NCBI GenBank assembly: GCA_039621445.1
Contig: CP154954.1
Coordinates: forward strand, 9,364,634-9,428,633
From: Euglena gracilis
Lineage: Eukaryota
Direction: 5' to 3'
DNA length: 64,000 nt
The notes under the pieces are model-generated. The model was not told the DNA's origin. It did no database searches and saw only the letters and a program-made list of their open reading frames with translations. The position numbers and the translations under genes are program-made. Below, piece after piece: positions 21,101 to 34,832 of the stretch. Every line of letters begins with the position of its first letter. The stretch's first letter is position 1.

Positions 21101-24100
21101 TTGGGCAAAAAAAAATTTCGATTTTTCGACTTTTTTTTTATTCGAAAATGACCCAAAATCATGGTTCGGGCCAAAAACGGGGGTCCGGGTCAAAAACGCT
21201 CATTTCGGCCGAAAATTTTTTCGGGTCCAGGAGGTCAAAAAACATGGTTTTGGGCAAAAATTTTTTTCGAATTTTTTCGACTTTTTGACCCAAAAATGGT
21301 TAAGTCCACCGGCCAGGGGCAGGCCCCAGCCAGTGCGGGGGGGTCCGGGTCGGAAATTTTTTTTCGCCCAAAAACACTTTTTTTGATGTTCTGAAGTGAA
21401 AAAAAGTTTTTTTTTGATCAAAGAATTTTTTGTTAAAATTTTGGACCTGCCACCCGACCGCCCCCCACTCGCCCAGCCGCCCTCGAACCCCCCGCAGGGG
21501 TCCCCGAATACCCAAAACTGGCCCAAAATCGCACAACCAGACCCCGGGAACCCCAAAAAACGGTCAAACCCCCCCCCCTAAACCTAATGATTGACCCCCT
21601 GGTTTGGGTCCCAACTCCCCGTCCAGCCCGAGATACGGCCAAATTACGGTTTCGGGCCCCGAACGGGCCCGAAATGGCCAAAACTGGCCAAACTGGCCCA
21701 AAACCCCAAAACGGGCGTATCTCGGGCTAGGCGGGGAGTTGGCCCAAACCGCGCATACCGATCGATCGGGCGTCCCAAAGTTGTGGAAGGACGTCCTCTT
21801 TCCTTTTTTGCAACTCCGCAGCGTTTTCGAGATATTTTGAATTTTTCGATTTTTTGACCCCAAATGACCCTGCAATTTCCCCGGAAAAAAAAACGGAAGA
21901 CAACTTTTTTGCTCGGGGCAGATCTCCGGACTGGCGGGGAGTTGCCGGTAACCTAAAGGCTCTGGAGAAACTAGGGATCGTCCCCTAACCTATAGGCTAT
22001 TATTCACTTTGGGGGCACGGAAATCCAATCACATCGATAATCCTCGGGTGCCCGGACCTACCCAGGGGGGGGGGCGGGGGGTCAGGGGGGGTCCCAAACC
22101 GGGGTGGTAAGCTTCGCTCTTACTCTAAAGAGATAAGAGCTCAGCGACCAGGGTGTGACGTAGGGCTGAGCTCTTTGGGAGACCACCCCGGCCCGGCCGG
22201 CGGCCCGGCGGCCCGGCGTCCCAGCGGCCCGGCCGGGCCGGGCCGCCCGGCCGGCGCTCATTTTCGGTTCAAAAACACATTTTCCAGGTCCGGGAGGTCC
22301 AAAAACATCGTTTTGGGCAAAAAAAAATTTCGATTTTTCGACTTTTTTTTACTCGAAAATGACCCAAAATCTATTGGTTTCGGGCCAAAAACGGGGGTCC
22401 AGGGATCAAAAAACGCTCATTTTCGGCCGAAAAATATTTTCTTCGGGTCCAGGAGGTCAAAAAACATGGTTTTGGGCAAAAAAAATTTTTTCGAATTTTT
22501 TCGACTTTTTGACCCAAAAATGGTTAAGTCCACCGGCCAGGGGCAGGCCCCAGCCAGTGCGGGGGGGTCCGGGTCGGAAATTTTTTTTCGCCCAAAAACA
22601 CTTTTTTTGATGTTCTGAAGTGAAAAAAAGTTTTTTTTTGAGCAAAAAAATTTTTTTCAAAATGTTGGGTCCCAACCTGCCACCCGACCGACCCCCCCTC
22701 GCCCAGCCGCCCTCGGACCCCCCGCAGGGGTCCCCGAATACCCAAAACTGGCCCAATATCGCACAACCAGACCGGGAAAACCCCAAAAAACGGTCAAACC
22801 CCCCCCTAAATCTCATGATTGACCCCCTGGTTTGGGTCCCAACTCCCCGTGTAGCCCGATATACGGCCAAATTACGGTTTCGGGCCCCGAACAGGCCCGA
22901 AATGGCCAAAACTGGCAAAACTGGCCCAAAACCCCAAAACGGCTGTATCTCGGGCTAGGCGGGGAGTTGGCCCAAACCGCGCATACCGATCGATCGGGCG
23001 TCCCAAAGTTGTGGAAGGACGTCCTCTTTCCTTTTTTGCAACTCCGCAGCGTTTTCGAGATATTTTGAATTTTTCGTTTTTTTGACCCAAATGACCCTGC
23101 AATTTCCCCGGAAAAAAAAACGGTAGACAACTTTTTTTGCTCTGGGCATATCTCCGGACTGGCGGGGAGTTGCCGGTAACCTAAAGGCTCTGGAGAAACT
23201 AGGGATCGTCCCCTAACTTATAGGCTATTCACTTTGGGGGCACGGAAATCCAATCACATCGATAATCCTCGGGTGCCCGGACCTACCCAGGGGGGGGGGC
23301 GGGGGGTCAGGGGGGGTCCCAAACCGGGGTGGTAAGCTTCGCTCTTACTCTAAAGAGATAAGAGCTCAGCGACCAGGGTGTGACGTAGGGCTGAGCTCTT
23401 TGGGAGACCACGCTCATTTTCGGCTCAAAAATACTTTTTTCGGGTCCGGGCGGCCAAAAAATATCGTTTCGGGCAACAAAAAGTTGGTTTTGACCCAAAG
23501 TCATGGGTCGGCGGCCCAAAAACGGGGGCTGGGGGTCGAAAAACGTAATTTTTCGGCCCCAAAACTAGTTTTCTCCCCGGGTCCGGGAGGCCAAAAAACA
23601 TGGTTTTGGGTGGAAAAAATTTTTCGGTTTTTTTCGACTTTTTTTGGCCGAAAACGGCGAAGTCGAACAGTGGGAAAAGTGTACAAAATGGGCCAAATTG
23701 GCCGAAAAACGGCCGTATATCGCGCTAGGCGGGCAAGGGCTTCAAATTATGTCTCCGAACATTTTTTTCAACTCCCCACCTTTTTGGAGATATTTTGCAA
23801 AAACTGGTTTTTTGGCCTGTTTCGGGCTCCAAACGGCAGAGTCCCTCCAAGGCGAAACCACAAAACGGCCATATCTCGGCCCAGGCGGGGAGTTGGCCCA
23901 AACCGCGCATACCGGTGGGTAGGGCGTCCCAAAGTTGTGGAATGAGGTACTCTTTACTTTTTCTCAACTCCCCAGCGTTTTCGATATATTTTAATTTTCG
24001 TTTTTTTTTTTGACCCCAAAAATGACCATTTTTGCCGGTCCAACAAAATTTCTTTGGAAAAAACGGTAGACAACTTTTTTGCTCGGGCCATAACTCCAGA

Positions 24101-27100
24101 CCGGCGGGGAGTTGCGGGCAAAGTGAGGGCTCTGGAGAAACTAGGGATCGTCCCCTAACCTATAGGCTATTAACTTCTCGGGTCCAGAAGTCCAATCACA
24201 TCGATAATCCTCGGGTGCCCGACCTACTCAGGGGGGGGGGGTGTGGGGTAGGGGGGGGTCTCCGGCCCCGGTGGTAAGCTTCGCTCTTACTCTACAGAGA
24301 TAAGAGCTCAGCGACCAGGGTGTAACGTAGAGCTGAGCTCTTTGGCTTTTTGCATGGCTTTGGGCAAAAAAATTTTTTTCGACTTTTTGACCCAAAAATG
24401 CATGGGGGGGGGGGTCCGGGTCGGAAATTTTTTTTTCGCCCAAAAACACTTTTTTTGATGTTCTAAAGTGAAAAAAAAGTGTTTTTGAACAAAAAAATTT
24501 TTTCAAAATTAAACTGGCCCGAAAATCGCACAACCAGGCCCCGGGAACCCAAAAAACGGTCAATAAACCTAATGATTGACCCCCTGGTTTGGGTCCCAAC
24601 TCCTCGTCAAGCCCGAGATACGGCCAATTTACGGTTTCGGGCCCAAACATGCCCGAAATGGCCAAAACTGGCCCAAAACCCCAAAACGGCCGTATCTCGT
24701 GCTCAGCGAGGAGTTGGCCCAAACCGCGCATACCGATCGATAGGGCGTCCAAAAGTTGTGGAATGAGGTCCTCTTTACTTTTCCTCAACTCCACAGCGTT
24801 TTCGAGATATTTTGAATTTTTCGATTTTTTGACCCCCAGCCCAGCAGCCCTCGAACCCGTGCAGGGGTCCCCGAATACCCAAAAATGGCCCAAAATCGCA
24901 CAACCAGACCCCAGGAACCCCAAAAAACGGTCAAAGCCCCCCCCTAAACCTAATGATTGACCCCCTGGTTTGGGTCCCAACTCCTCGTCTAGCCCGAGAT
25001 ACGGCCAATTTACGGTTTCGGGCCCCGAACGGGCCCGAAATGGCCAAAACTGGCAAAACTTGCCCAAACCCCCGAAACGGCCGTATCTCGGGCTAGGCGA
25101 GGAGTTGGCCCAAACCGAGCATACCGATCGATCGGGCGTCCCAAAGTTGTGGAATGACGTCCTCTTTACTTTTTCTCAACTCCCCGGCGTTTTTGAGATA
25201 TTTTGAATTTTTGAATTTTTTGACCCCAAAATGGCCCTGCAATTTCCCCGAAAAAAAAAACGGTAGACAACTTTTTTGCTCGGGCCATATCTCCGGACTG
25301 GCTGGGAGTTACGGGTAACCGAAGTGCTCTGGAGAAACTAGGGAACCTCTCCTAACCTATAGGCTATTCACTTTGGGGGCGCGGAAATCCAATCACATCG
25401 ATAATCCTCAGGTGCCCCGACCTACCCAGGGGGGGGGGGGGGGGGGGGGCGGGGGGGTCCGACCCCCCCGTCGCCGGGGTGGTAAGTTTCGCTCTTACTC
25501 TAAAGAGATAAGAGCTCAGCGACCAGGGTGTGACGTAGAGCTGAGCTCTTTGGGAGACCACCCCAGCCCGGCACGGCCCGGCGGCCCGGCCCGGCGGCAC
25601 GGCCCGGAGGCCCGTCCGGCGGCCCGGCCCGGCCGGCGGCCCGGCGGCCCGGCCCGGCTGGCGGGTCGAAAAACGCTCATTTTCGGCTCAAAAACAGGTT
25701 TTACTGGTCCTGGAGGCCAAAAAACATTGTTCTGGGCAAAAAAAATTTTTTCGATCTTTTCGACTTTTTTTGGCCCGCTTTTGACCCAAAGTCAATGGGT
25801 TGGTGGCCCAAAACGGGGCACTGGATGGTCGAAAAACGCTCATTTTTGGCTCGAAAACACTTTTTTCGGGTCCGGGAGGTCAAAAATCATGGTTTTGGGC
25901 AAAAAAAAAATTTTCGACTTTTTTTCGATTTTTTGACCCAAAAATGGCCACCGGCACAGGGGGGCGGGCCCCAGCCAGGGGGGGCAGGGGGGGTCCGGGT
26001 CGGAAAATTTTTTTTCGCCCAAAAACACTTTTTTTGATGTTCTGAAGTGAAAAAAAGTGTTTTTGAGCGAAAAATTTTTTTTCAAAATTTGGGTCCCGAC
26101 CTGCCACCCGACCCCCCTCGCCCAGCCGCCCTGACGGCGCCTGCAGGGGTCCCCGAATACCCAAAACTGGCCCAAAATCGCGCAACCAGACCCCGGGAAC
26201 CCCAAAAAACGGTCAAAACCCCCCCCCTAAACCTCATGATTGACCCCCTGGTTTGGGTCCCAACTCCCCGTGTAGCCCGATATACGGCCAATTTACGGTT
26301 TCGGGCCCCGAACGGGCCCGAAACGGCCAAAACTGGCCAAACTGGCCCAAAACCCCAAAACGGCCGTATCTCGGGCTAGGCGAGGAGTTGGCCCAAACCG
26401 CGCATACCGATCGATCGGGCGTCCCAAAGTTGTGGAAGGACGTCCTCTTTGCTTTTTTCAACTCCGCAGTGTTTTCGAGATGTTTTGAAATTTTCGATTT
26501 TTTGACCCCAAATTCACCCTGCAATTTCCCCGAATTGCTCGGGCCATATCTCCGGACTGGCGATAGTTGCGGGTCACCGAAGGCTCTGGAGGCTAGGGAT
26601 CGTCCCCTACCCTATAGGCCCTTCACTTTGGGGGGGCCCCGGAAATCCAGGTCACCAGTCGATATCCCGTGGTTTCCGGACCTCCCAACCAGGGTGGGGG
26701 CGGGGGGGGGGGGCGGGGGGGGCGGGGGGGGGGGGGGGCGGGAGGGGGCCGGGGGGGGGCGTGGGGGGTGGGCGGGTTTTGTTAGATGTTCTGCAGTGAA
26801 AAAAAGGGTGTGTCTTGAGGGAAAAAAAAATTTTAACAATTCGCTTACGGCGCCAAATTTTTTTCAAAGAAGGTTTTTTTCGACTTTTGTGACCCCGGTT
26901 TTTGACCCAAAGTCAACGGGCTTCTTCGGCTTCGATGTCGGCTGGCGGGTCGAAGAGATAATCTCATTTTTGCATCCAAAACACTTTTTTCGGGTCCGGA
27001 ACCATAGTGTGACGTATAAAATTTTTTTTTCGATTTTCTTGAGCTTCTTTTTGGCCGCGAGACCACCCCGCCCTGCTCCGTCGGGTCGAAAAACGCTCAT

Positions 27101-30100
27101 TTTTCGGCGCAAAACAGTTTTTTCCGGGTCCAGGGAGGCCAAAAACATCCTTTCGGCGGGCCTAAATTTTTTTTTCGATTTTTTTTTGACTTTTTTGACC
27201 CGGTTTTGATCACAACGTCAACGTTGGTCGGCGGCCCAAAACGGTGGCCGCTGGGCGGTCGAAAAACGCTCGTTTTCCGCTCAAAAACAGTTTTTCTGGG
27301 GCCGGGAGGCCAAAATACATCGTTTGAGGCAAAAAAACAATTTTCGATTTTTTTCACCTTTTTTCGTCCGGTTTTGACCCAAAGTCAATGGGTTGGCGGC
27401 CCAAAACGGGGCGCTGGCGGGTCGAAAAACGCTCATTTTTGGCTCGAAAACACTTTTTTCGGGTGCGGGAGGTCAGAAATCATGGTTTTGGGCAAAAAAT
27501 TTCGAATTTTTTCGACTTTTTGACCCAAAAATGGCCACCGGCCACCGGCCAGGGGGGCGGGCCCCAGACAGGGGGGGGGGGCAGGGGGGGGGACGGGGGG
27601 GAAAATTTTTTTTCGCTCAAAAACACTTTTTTTGATGTTCCGAAGTGAAAAAAAGGGGTTTTGGGGGAAAAAGTTTTTTTCAAAAATTGCCGGGGTACGA
27701 CCTGCCACTCGACGCCCCCTCGCCCAGCCGCCCTCACGCCGCCCGGTGGGGTCCCCGAACACCCAAAACTGGCCCAAAATCGCACAACCAGACCCCGGGA
27801 ACCCCCAAAAAATGGTCAAAACCCCCCCCTAAACCAATGATTGACCCCCTGGTTTGGGTCCCAACTCCCCGTCTAGCCCGAGATACGGCCAATTTACGGT
27901 TTCGGGCCCCGAAATGGCCAGAAATGGCCAAACTGGCCCAAAACCCCCAAAACGGCCATATCTCGGGCTAGGCGAGGAGTTGTCCCAAACCGCGCATACC
28001 CATCGATAGGGCGTTCCAAGGTCGTCAAATGAGGTCGACATCACTTTTCCTCAACTCCGCAGCGTTTTCGAGATATTTTGAATTTTTCGATTTTTTGACC
28101 CCAGCCCGGCCGGCCTCGAACCCCCGCAGGGGTCCCCGAATACCCAAAACTGGCCCAAAATCGGACAACCAGACCCCGGGAACCCCAAAAAACGGTCAAA
28201 CCCCCCCCCTAAACCTAATGATTGACCCCCTGGTTTGGGTTCCAGCTCCCCGTCTAGCCCGAGATATGGGCAAATTACGGTTTCAGGCCCCGAACTGGCC
28301 CGAAATGGCCAAAACTGCCGATCGATAGGGCGTCCAAAAGTTGTGGAGGGATGTCCTCTTTACTTTCCCTCAACTCCACAGCGTTTTCGAGATATTTTGA
28401 ATTTTTCGATTTTTTGACCCCAGCCCGGCCGGCCTCGAACCTCCGCAGGGGTCCCCGAATACCCCAAAACTGGCCCAAAATCGCACAACCAGACCCCGGG
28501 AACCCCCCAAAAACGGTCAAACCCCCCCCCCCTAAACCTAATGATTGACCCCCTGGTTTGGGTTCCAACTCCCCGTCTAGCCCGAGATACGGCCAAATTA
28601 CGGTTTCGGGCCCCGAACGGGCCCGAAATGGCCAAAACTGGCCAAACTGGCCCAAAACCCCAAAACGGCCGTATCTCGGCCCAGGCGAGGAGTTGGCCCA
28701 AACCGCGCATACCGATCGATCGGGCGTCCCAAAGTTGTGGAATGACGCCCTCATTACTTTTCCTCAACTCCACAGCGTTTTCGCTTTTTTTATGTTCTGA
28801 AGTGAGAAAAACTGTTTTTGAGCGACAAAAAAAATTTCAAAATTTTGGTACCCGACCTGCCTCCCGACCCCCCGTCGCCCAACCGCCCTGACGGCGCCCG
28901 GTGGGGTCCCCGAATACCCAAAACTGGCCCAAAATCGCACAACCAGACCCCGGGAACCCCAAAAAACGGTCAAAACCCCCCCCCTAAACCTAATGTTTGA
29001 CCCCTGGTTTGGGTCCCAACTCCTCGTCTAGCCCGGGATACGGCCAATTTACGGTTTCGGGCCCAAACAGGCCCGAAATGCCCAAAACTGGCCCAAAACC
29101 CCAAAACGGCCATATCTCGGCTCGCGAGGGTTGGCCCAAACCGCGCATACCGATCGATAGGGCGTCCAAAAGTTGTGGAGGGATGTCCTCTTTACTTTTC
29201 CTCAACTCCACAGCGTTTTCGAGATATTTTGAATTTTTCGATTTTTTGACCCCAGCCCGGCCGGCCTCGAACCTCCGCAGGGGTCCCCGAATACCCAAAA
29301 ATGGCCCAAAATCGCACAACCAGACCCCGGGAACCCCAAAAAACGGTCAAAACCCCCCCCTAAACCTAATGTTTGACCCCTGGTTTGGGTCCCAACTCCC
29401 CGTCTAGCCCGAGATACGGCCAAATTACGGTTTCGGGCCCCGAACGGGCCCGAAATGGCCAAAACTGGCCAAACTGGCCCAAAACCCCAAAACGGCCATA
29501 TCTCGTGCTCAGCGAGGAGTTGGCCCAAACCGCGCATACCGATCGATAGGGCGTCCAAAAGTTGTGGAATGACGTCCTCATTACTTTTCCTCAACTCCGC
29601 AGCGTTTTCGCTTTTTTTGATGTTCTGAAGTGAGAAAAACTGTTTTTGAGCGACAAAAAAATTTTCAAAATTTTGGTACCCGACCTGCCAATACCCAAAA
29701 CTGGCCCAAAATCGCACAACCAGACCCCGGGAACCCCAAAAAAACGGTCAAAACCCCCCCCTAAACCTAATGTTTGACCCCTGGTTTGGGTCCCAACTCC
29801 TCGTCTAGCCCGGGATACGGCCAATTTACGGTTTCGGGCCCAAACAGGCCCGAAATGCCCAAAACTGGCCCAAAACCCCAAAACGGCCATATCTCGTGCT
29901 CAGCGAGGAGTTGGCCCAAACCGCGCATACCGATCGATAGGGCGTCCAAAAGTTGTGGAGGGATGTCCTCTTTACTTTCCCTCAACTCCACAGCGTTTTC
30001 GAGATATTTTGAATTTTTCGATTTTTTGACCCCAGCCCGGCCGGCCTCGAACCTCCGCAGGGGTCCCCGAATACCCAAAAATGGCCCAAAATCGCACAAC

Positions 30101-33100
30101 CAGACCCCGGGAACCCCCAAAAACGGTCAAAAACCCCCCTAAACCTAATGATTGACCCCCTGGTTTGGGTTCCAACTCCCCGTCTAGCCCGAGATACGGC
30201 CAAATTACGGTTTCGGGCCCCGAACGGGCCCGAAATGGCCAAAACTGGCCAAACTGGCCCAAAACCCCAAAACGGCCGTATCTCGGCCCAGGCGAGGAGT
30301 TGGCCCAAACTGCGCATACCGATCGATCGGGCGTCCCAAAGTTGTGGAATGACGTCCTCATTACTTTTCCTCAACTCCGCAGCGTTTTCGCTTTTTTTGA
30401 TGTTCTGAAGTGAGAAAAACTGTTTTTGAGCGACAAAAAAATTTTCAAAATTTTGGTACCCGACCTGCCTCCCGACCCCCCGTCGCCCAACCGCCCTGAC
30501 GGCGCCCGGTGGGGTCCCCGAATACCCAAAACTGGCCCAAAATCGCACAACCAGACCCCGGGAACCCCAAAAAACGGTCAAAACCCCCCCCTAAACCTAA
30601 TGTTTGACCCCTGGTTTGGGTCCCAACTCCTCGTCTAGCCCGGGATACGGCCAATTTACGGTTTCGGGCCCAAACAGGCCCGAAATGCCCAAAACTGGCC
30701 CAAAACCCCAAAACGGCCATATCTCGTGCTCAGCGAGGAGTTGGCCCAAACCGCGCATACCGATCGATAGGGCGTCCAAAAGTTGTGGAGGGATGTCCTC
30801 TTTACTTTCCCTCAACTCCACAGCGTTTTCGAGATATTTTGAATTTTTCGATTTTTTGACCCCAGCCCGGCCGGCCTCGAACCTCCGCAGGGGTCCCCGA
30901 ATACCCAAAAATGGCCCAAAATCGCACAACCAGACCCCGGGAACCCCCAAAAACGGTCAAAACCCCCCCCTAAACCTAATGATTGACCCCCTGGTTTGGG
31001 TTCCAACTCCCCGTCTAGCCCGAGATACGGCCAAATTACGGTTTCGGGCCCCGAACGGGCCCGAAATGGCCAAAACTGGCCAAACTGGCCCAAAACCCCA
31101 AAACGGCCGTATCTCGGCCCAGGCGAGGAGTTGGCCCAAACCGCGCATACCGATCGATCGGGCGTCCCAAAGTTGTGGAATGACGTCCTCATTACTTTTC
31201 CTCAACTCCGCAGCGTTTTCGCTTTTTTGATGTTCTGAAGTGAGAAAAACTGTTTTTGAGCGACAAAAAAATTTTCAAAATTTTGGTACCCGACCTGCCT
31301 CCCGACCCCCCGTCGCCCAACCGCCCTGACGGCGCCCGGTGGGGTCCCCGAATACCCAAAACTGGCCCAAAATCGCACAACCAGACCCCGGGAACCCCAA
31401 AAAACGGTCAAACCCCCCCCCCTAAACCTAATGTTTGACCCCTGGTTTGGGTCCCAACTCCTCGTCTAGCCCGGGATACGGCCAATTTACGGTTTCGGGC
31501 CCAAACAGGCCCGAAATGCCCAAAACTGGCCCAAAACCCCAAAACGGCCATATCTCGTGCTCAGCGAGGAGTTGGCCCAAACCGCGCATACCGATCGATA
31601 GGGCGTCCAAAAGTTGTGGAGGGATGTCCTCTTTACTTTCCCTCAACTCCACAGCGTTTTCGAGATATTTTGAATTTTTCGATTTTTTGACCCCAGCCCG
31701 GCCGGCCTCGAACCTCCGCAGGGGTCCCCGAATACCCAAAAATGGCCCAAAATCGCACAACCAGACCCCGGGAACCCCCCAAAAACGGTCAAAACCCCCC
31801 CCTAAACCTAATGATTGACCCCCTGGTTTGGGTTCCAACTCCCCGTCTAGCCCGAGATACGGCCAAATTACAGTTTCGGGCCCCGAACTGCCCCGAAATG
31901 GCCAAAACTGGCCAAACTGGCCCAAAACCCCAAAACGGCCGTATCTCGGGCTAGGCGAGGAGTCGGCCCAAATCGCGCATACCGATCGATAGGGCGTCCA
32001 AAAGTTGTGGAATGAGGTCCTCTTTGCTTTTCCTCAACTTCACAGCGTTTTCGAGATATTTTGAATTTTTCGATTTTTTGACCCCAGCCCGGCCGCCCTC
32101 GAACCCCCGCCGGGGTCCCCGAATACCCAAAACTGGCCCAAAATCGCACAACCAGACCCCGGGAACCCCAAAAAATGGTCAAAACCCTCCCTAAACCTAA
32201 TGATTGACCCCCTGGTTTGGGTCCCAACTCCCCGTCTAGCCCGAGATACGGCCAATTTACGGTTTCGGGCCCCGAGCGGGCCCGAAATGGCCAAAACTGG
32301 CCAAACTGGCCCAAAACCCCAAAACGGCCGTATCTTGGGCTAGGCGAGGAGTTGGCCCAAACCGCGCATACCGATCGATAGGGCGTCCAAAAGTTGTGGA
32401 ATGAGGTCCTCTTTACTTTTCCTCAACTCCGCGGGGCTTTCGAGATATTTCGAATTTTTCAATTTTTTGACCCCAAAATGACCCTGCAATTTCCCCGGAA
32501 AGAAAAACGGTAGACAACTTTTTTGCTCGGGCCATATCTCCGGACTGGCGGGGAGTTACGGGTAACCGAAGGGCTCTGGAGAAACTAGGGATCGTCCCCT
32601 AACCTATAGGCTATTCACTTTGGGGGCCCGGAAATCCAATCACATCGATAATCCTCGGGTGCCCCGACCTTCCCAGGGGGGGCGGGGGGCGGGGGGGTCC
32701 GACCTCCCCGTCGCCGGGGTGGTAAGCTTCGCTCTTACTCTAAAGAGATAAGAGCTCAGCGACCAGGGTGTGACGTAGAGCTGAGCTCTTTGGGAGACCA
32801 CCCCGGCCCGGCCCGCCAAAAACGCTCATTTTCGGCTCAAAAACAGTTTTTCCGGGTCAGGGAGGCCAAAAAACATCATTTTGGGAAACAGAAAATTTTC
32901 GATTTTTTTCGACTTTTTTGACCCGGTTTTGACCCAAAGTCAATGGGTTGGCGGCCCAAAACGGGGCGCTGGAGGGTCGAAAAACGCTCATTTTTGGCTC
33001 AAAAACGGGTTTTCCGGGTCCGAGAGGTCAAAAATCATGATTTTGTTCAAAAAAAATTTTTTGGAATTTTTTTGACTTTTTGACCCAAAAATGGCTAAGT

Positions 33101-33933
33101 CTACCGGCCAGTGGGGCGGGCCCCAGCCAAGGGGGGCATGGGGCGGGGGGGGGGGTCCGGGTCGGAAATTTTTTTTCCGCTCAAAAACACTTTTTTTGAT
33201 GTTCTGAAGTCAAAACAAGTGTTTTTGAGCGAAAAAAAATTTTTCAAATTTTTGGGTCCCGACCTGCCACCCGACCCCCCCTCGCCCAGCCGCCCTCACG
33301 GCGCCCGGTGGGTTCCCCGAATGCCCAAAACTGGCCCAAAATCGCACAACCAGACCCCGGGAACCCCAAAAAATGGTCAAAACCCCCCCTAAACCTAATG
33401 ATTGACCCCCTGGTTTGGGTCCCAACTCCTCGTCTAGCCCGAGATACGGCCAATTTACGGTTTCGGGCCCCGAAATGGCCAGAACTGGCAAAACTGCGGG
33501 TTTTGCCAGTTCTTCTTCGGGTTTTGCCGTGTTCTGGTTTGCCAACCAGAACACGGGCCAGGTATGTCGGCAGCCAAAACGGCGAGATAGAATAGAGGGC
33601 CTTAGGGGGTACATTTCGTCAGTGGGACACTTCCGGAAATAATGTAAGTTTTCTCGAGATATTTTCGAAAAATCGATTTTTGGCGAATTTTTGGACTCGC
33701 GGGTGAATAACTCGGGCCTGGCAGGGAGTTTGGGGTCAAATGGAGGTGATTCTGAAACTAGAAATCCTGTCGCTCGCGACTGAAAAAAAATTCCGGGAAC
33801 CAGGCCGTGATCATGGTGCTAATCCCCCGGTTCCCAAGGTGGGCCTGGGGAGGGGGCGGGGGGAGGGTCCGACCCCCCCTTTTCCCCAGGGGTGAGGTTC
33901 GCTCTTACCCATAAAGGGATAAGAGCTCAGCAA
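14027..33933 (-). mobile_element. Head-to-tail array of a ~1.2 kb non-autonomous Helitron2/Helentron-like element (left arm)
   Basis: Junction motif AGAGCTCAGCGA|CCAGGGTGTGACGTAGAGCTGAGCTCT (minor variants) at 15240, 16490, 18197, 19592, 22147, 23372, 24314, 25522, 32762; the array begins exactly at CCAG (14027). On the minus strand units run 5'-TC...CTGG-3'. The tandem repeat is certain; the Helitron assignment is inference. Confidence 0.7.
27700..32430. repeat. Internal satellite of ~390-440 bp subunits with ~830 bp higher-order period
   Basis: Near-identical blocks recur at 29774, 30604, 31435 and at 30165, 30996; subunits derive from the middle of the 1.2 kb unit and lack its termini. 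Confidence 0.9.
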
Positions 33934-34832
33934 CTCCCCCCAACTCCCTGCCAGATCCAAGTTATTCAGCCGACAAGAGGTCCAAACTGGGTAGGATTAC
34001 CCCCCCCCAGTTTCCTCTGAGACCCTCTGCCCCCCTCGTGCGCCGTTTCAGCCGCCGACACGCCTGGCCCATGTTATGCTGTTTTTTTTTTGCAACCCAA
34101 ACGGCCATTTGTGGAGCCTTTTTGGGTCAAACAAAAATAGAATCTTTATAGATATTATTTAAAATAGAATATTGTTCAAAACATCTTAGAAAAGGAGCAA
34201 AATCAAGGGAAATTTCCGGCACCCTGAATCAAAGCCCTCCCTTGGGAATTTATAAAGCCGGACCAGGTTTCGTGTTGTGCTGAGCTCTTTTCCTGCCTGA
34301 TGGCGCTAGGCAGCTCAGCCCAGCCTGGCATGGGCGACAGCTGGAGATAGATATGGGGTGATGAAACGGACCTAAAGTGGCCATAGGTCGGGCTAGCTTC
34401 GGGGAAATCAATTTACCTTTAGACAAGCCATTCCAAGGCCAGTGCAAGAGGGATTCGGGAACCAGGACACTCTCTTCACATCGACCTCTGGTCTTGATTG
34501 CACATCCGACAAACTTTGAACATTATCCAAAAAACTCCCGAGGAACGTTTTTGAAAGCAAGAAACCGACACCATGCCCCCCCCAACGAGCTGTTCCCGTC
34601 CCCGACCCTGTTACGGCCTAATGGGAACAGTATGGGGGGACCTGGGTCCCCCCCCCCCGAGCCATTCCCATACCCGAACCTTGAACAGCCCAAAGGGGGC
34701 CATTTTGGCAACTGTTATTTGGATGTTGGCAAAAATGGTCAATTTTAGGCACATTTGCCCAAAAAAAATTGAAAACGTCCCAAAAACGTCGACTTCTGAG
34801 CACTTTTCTGGGACGTTCTTTATGGGGAGTGG

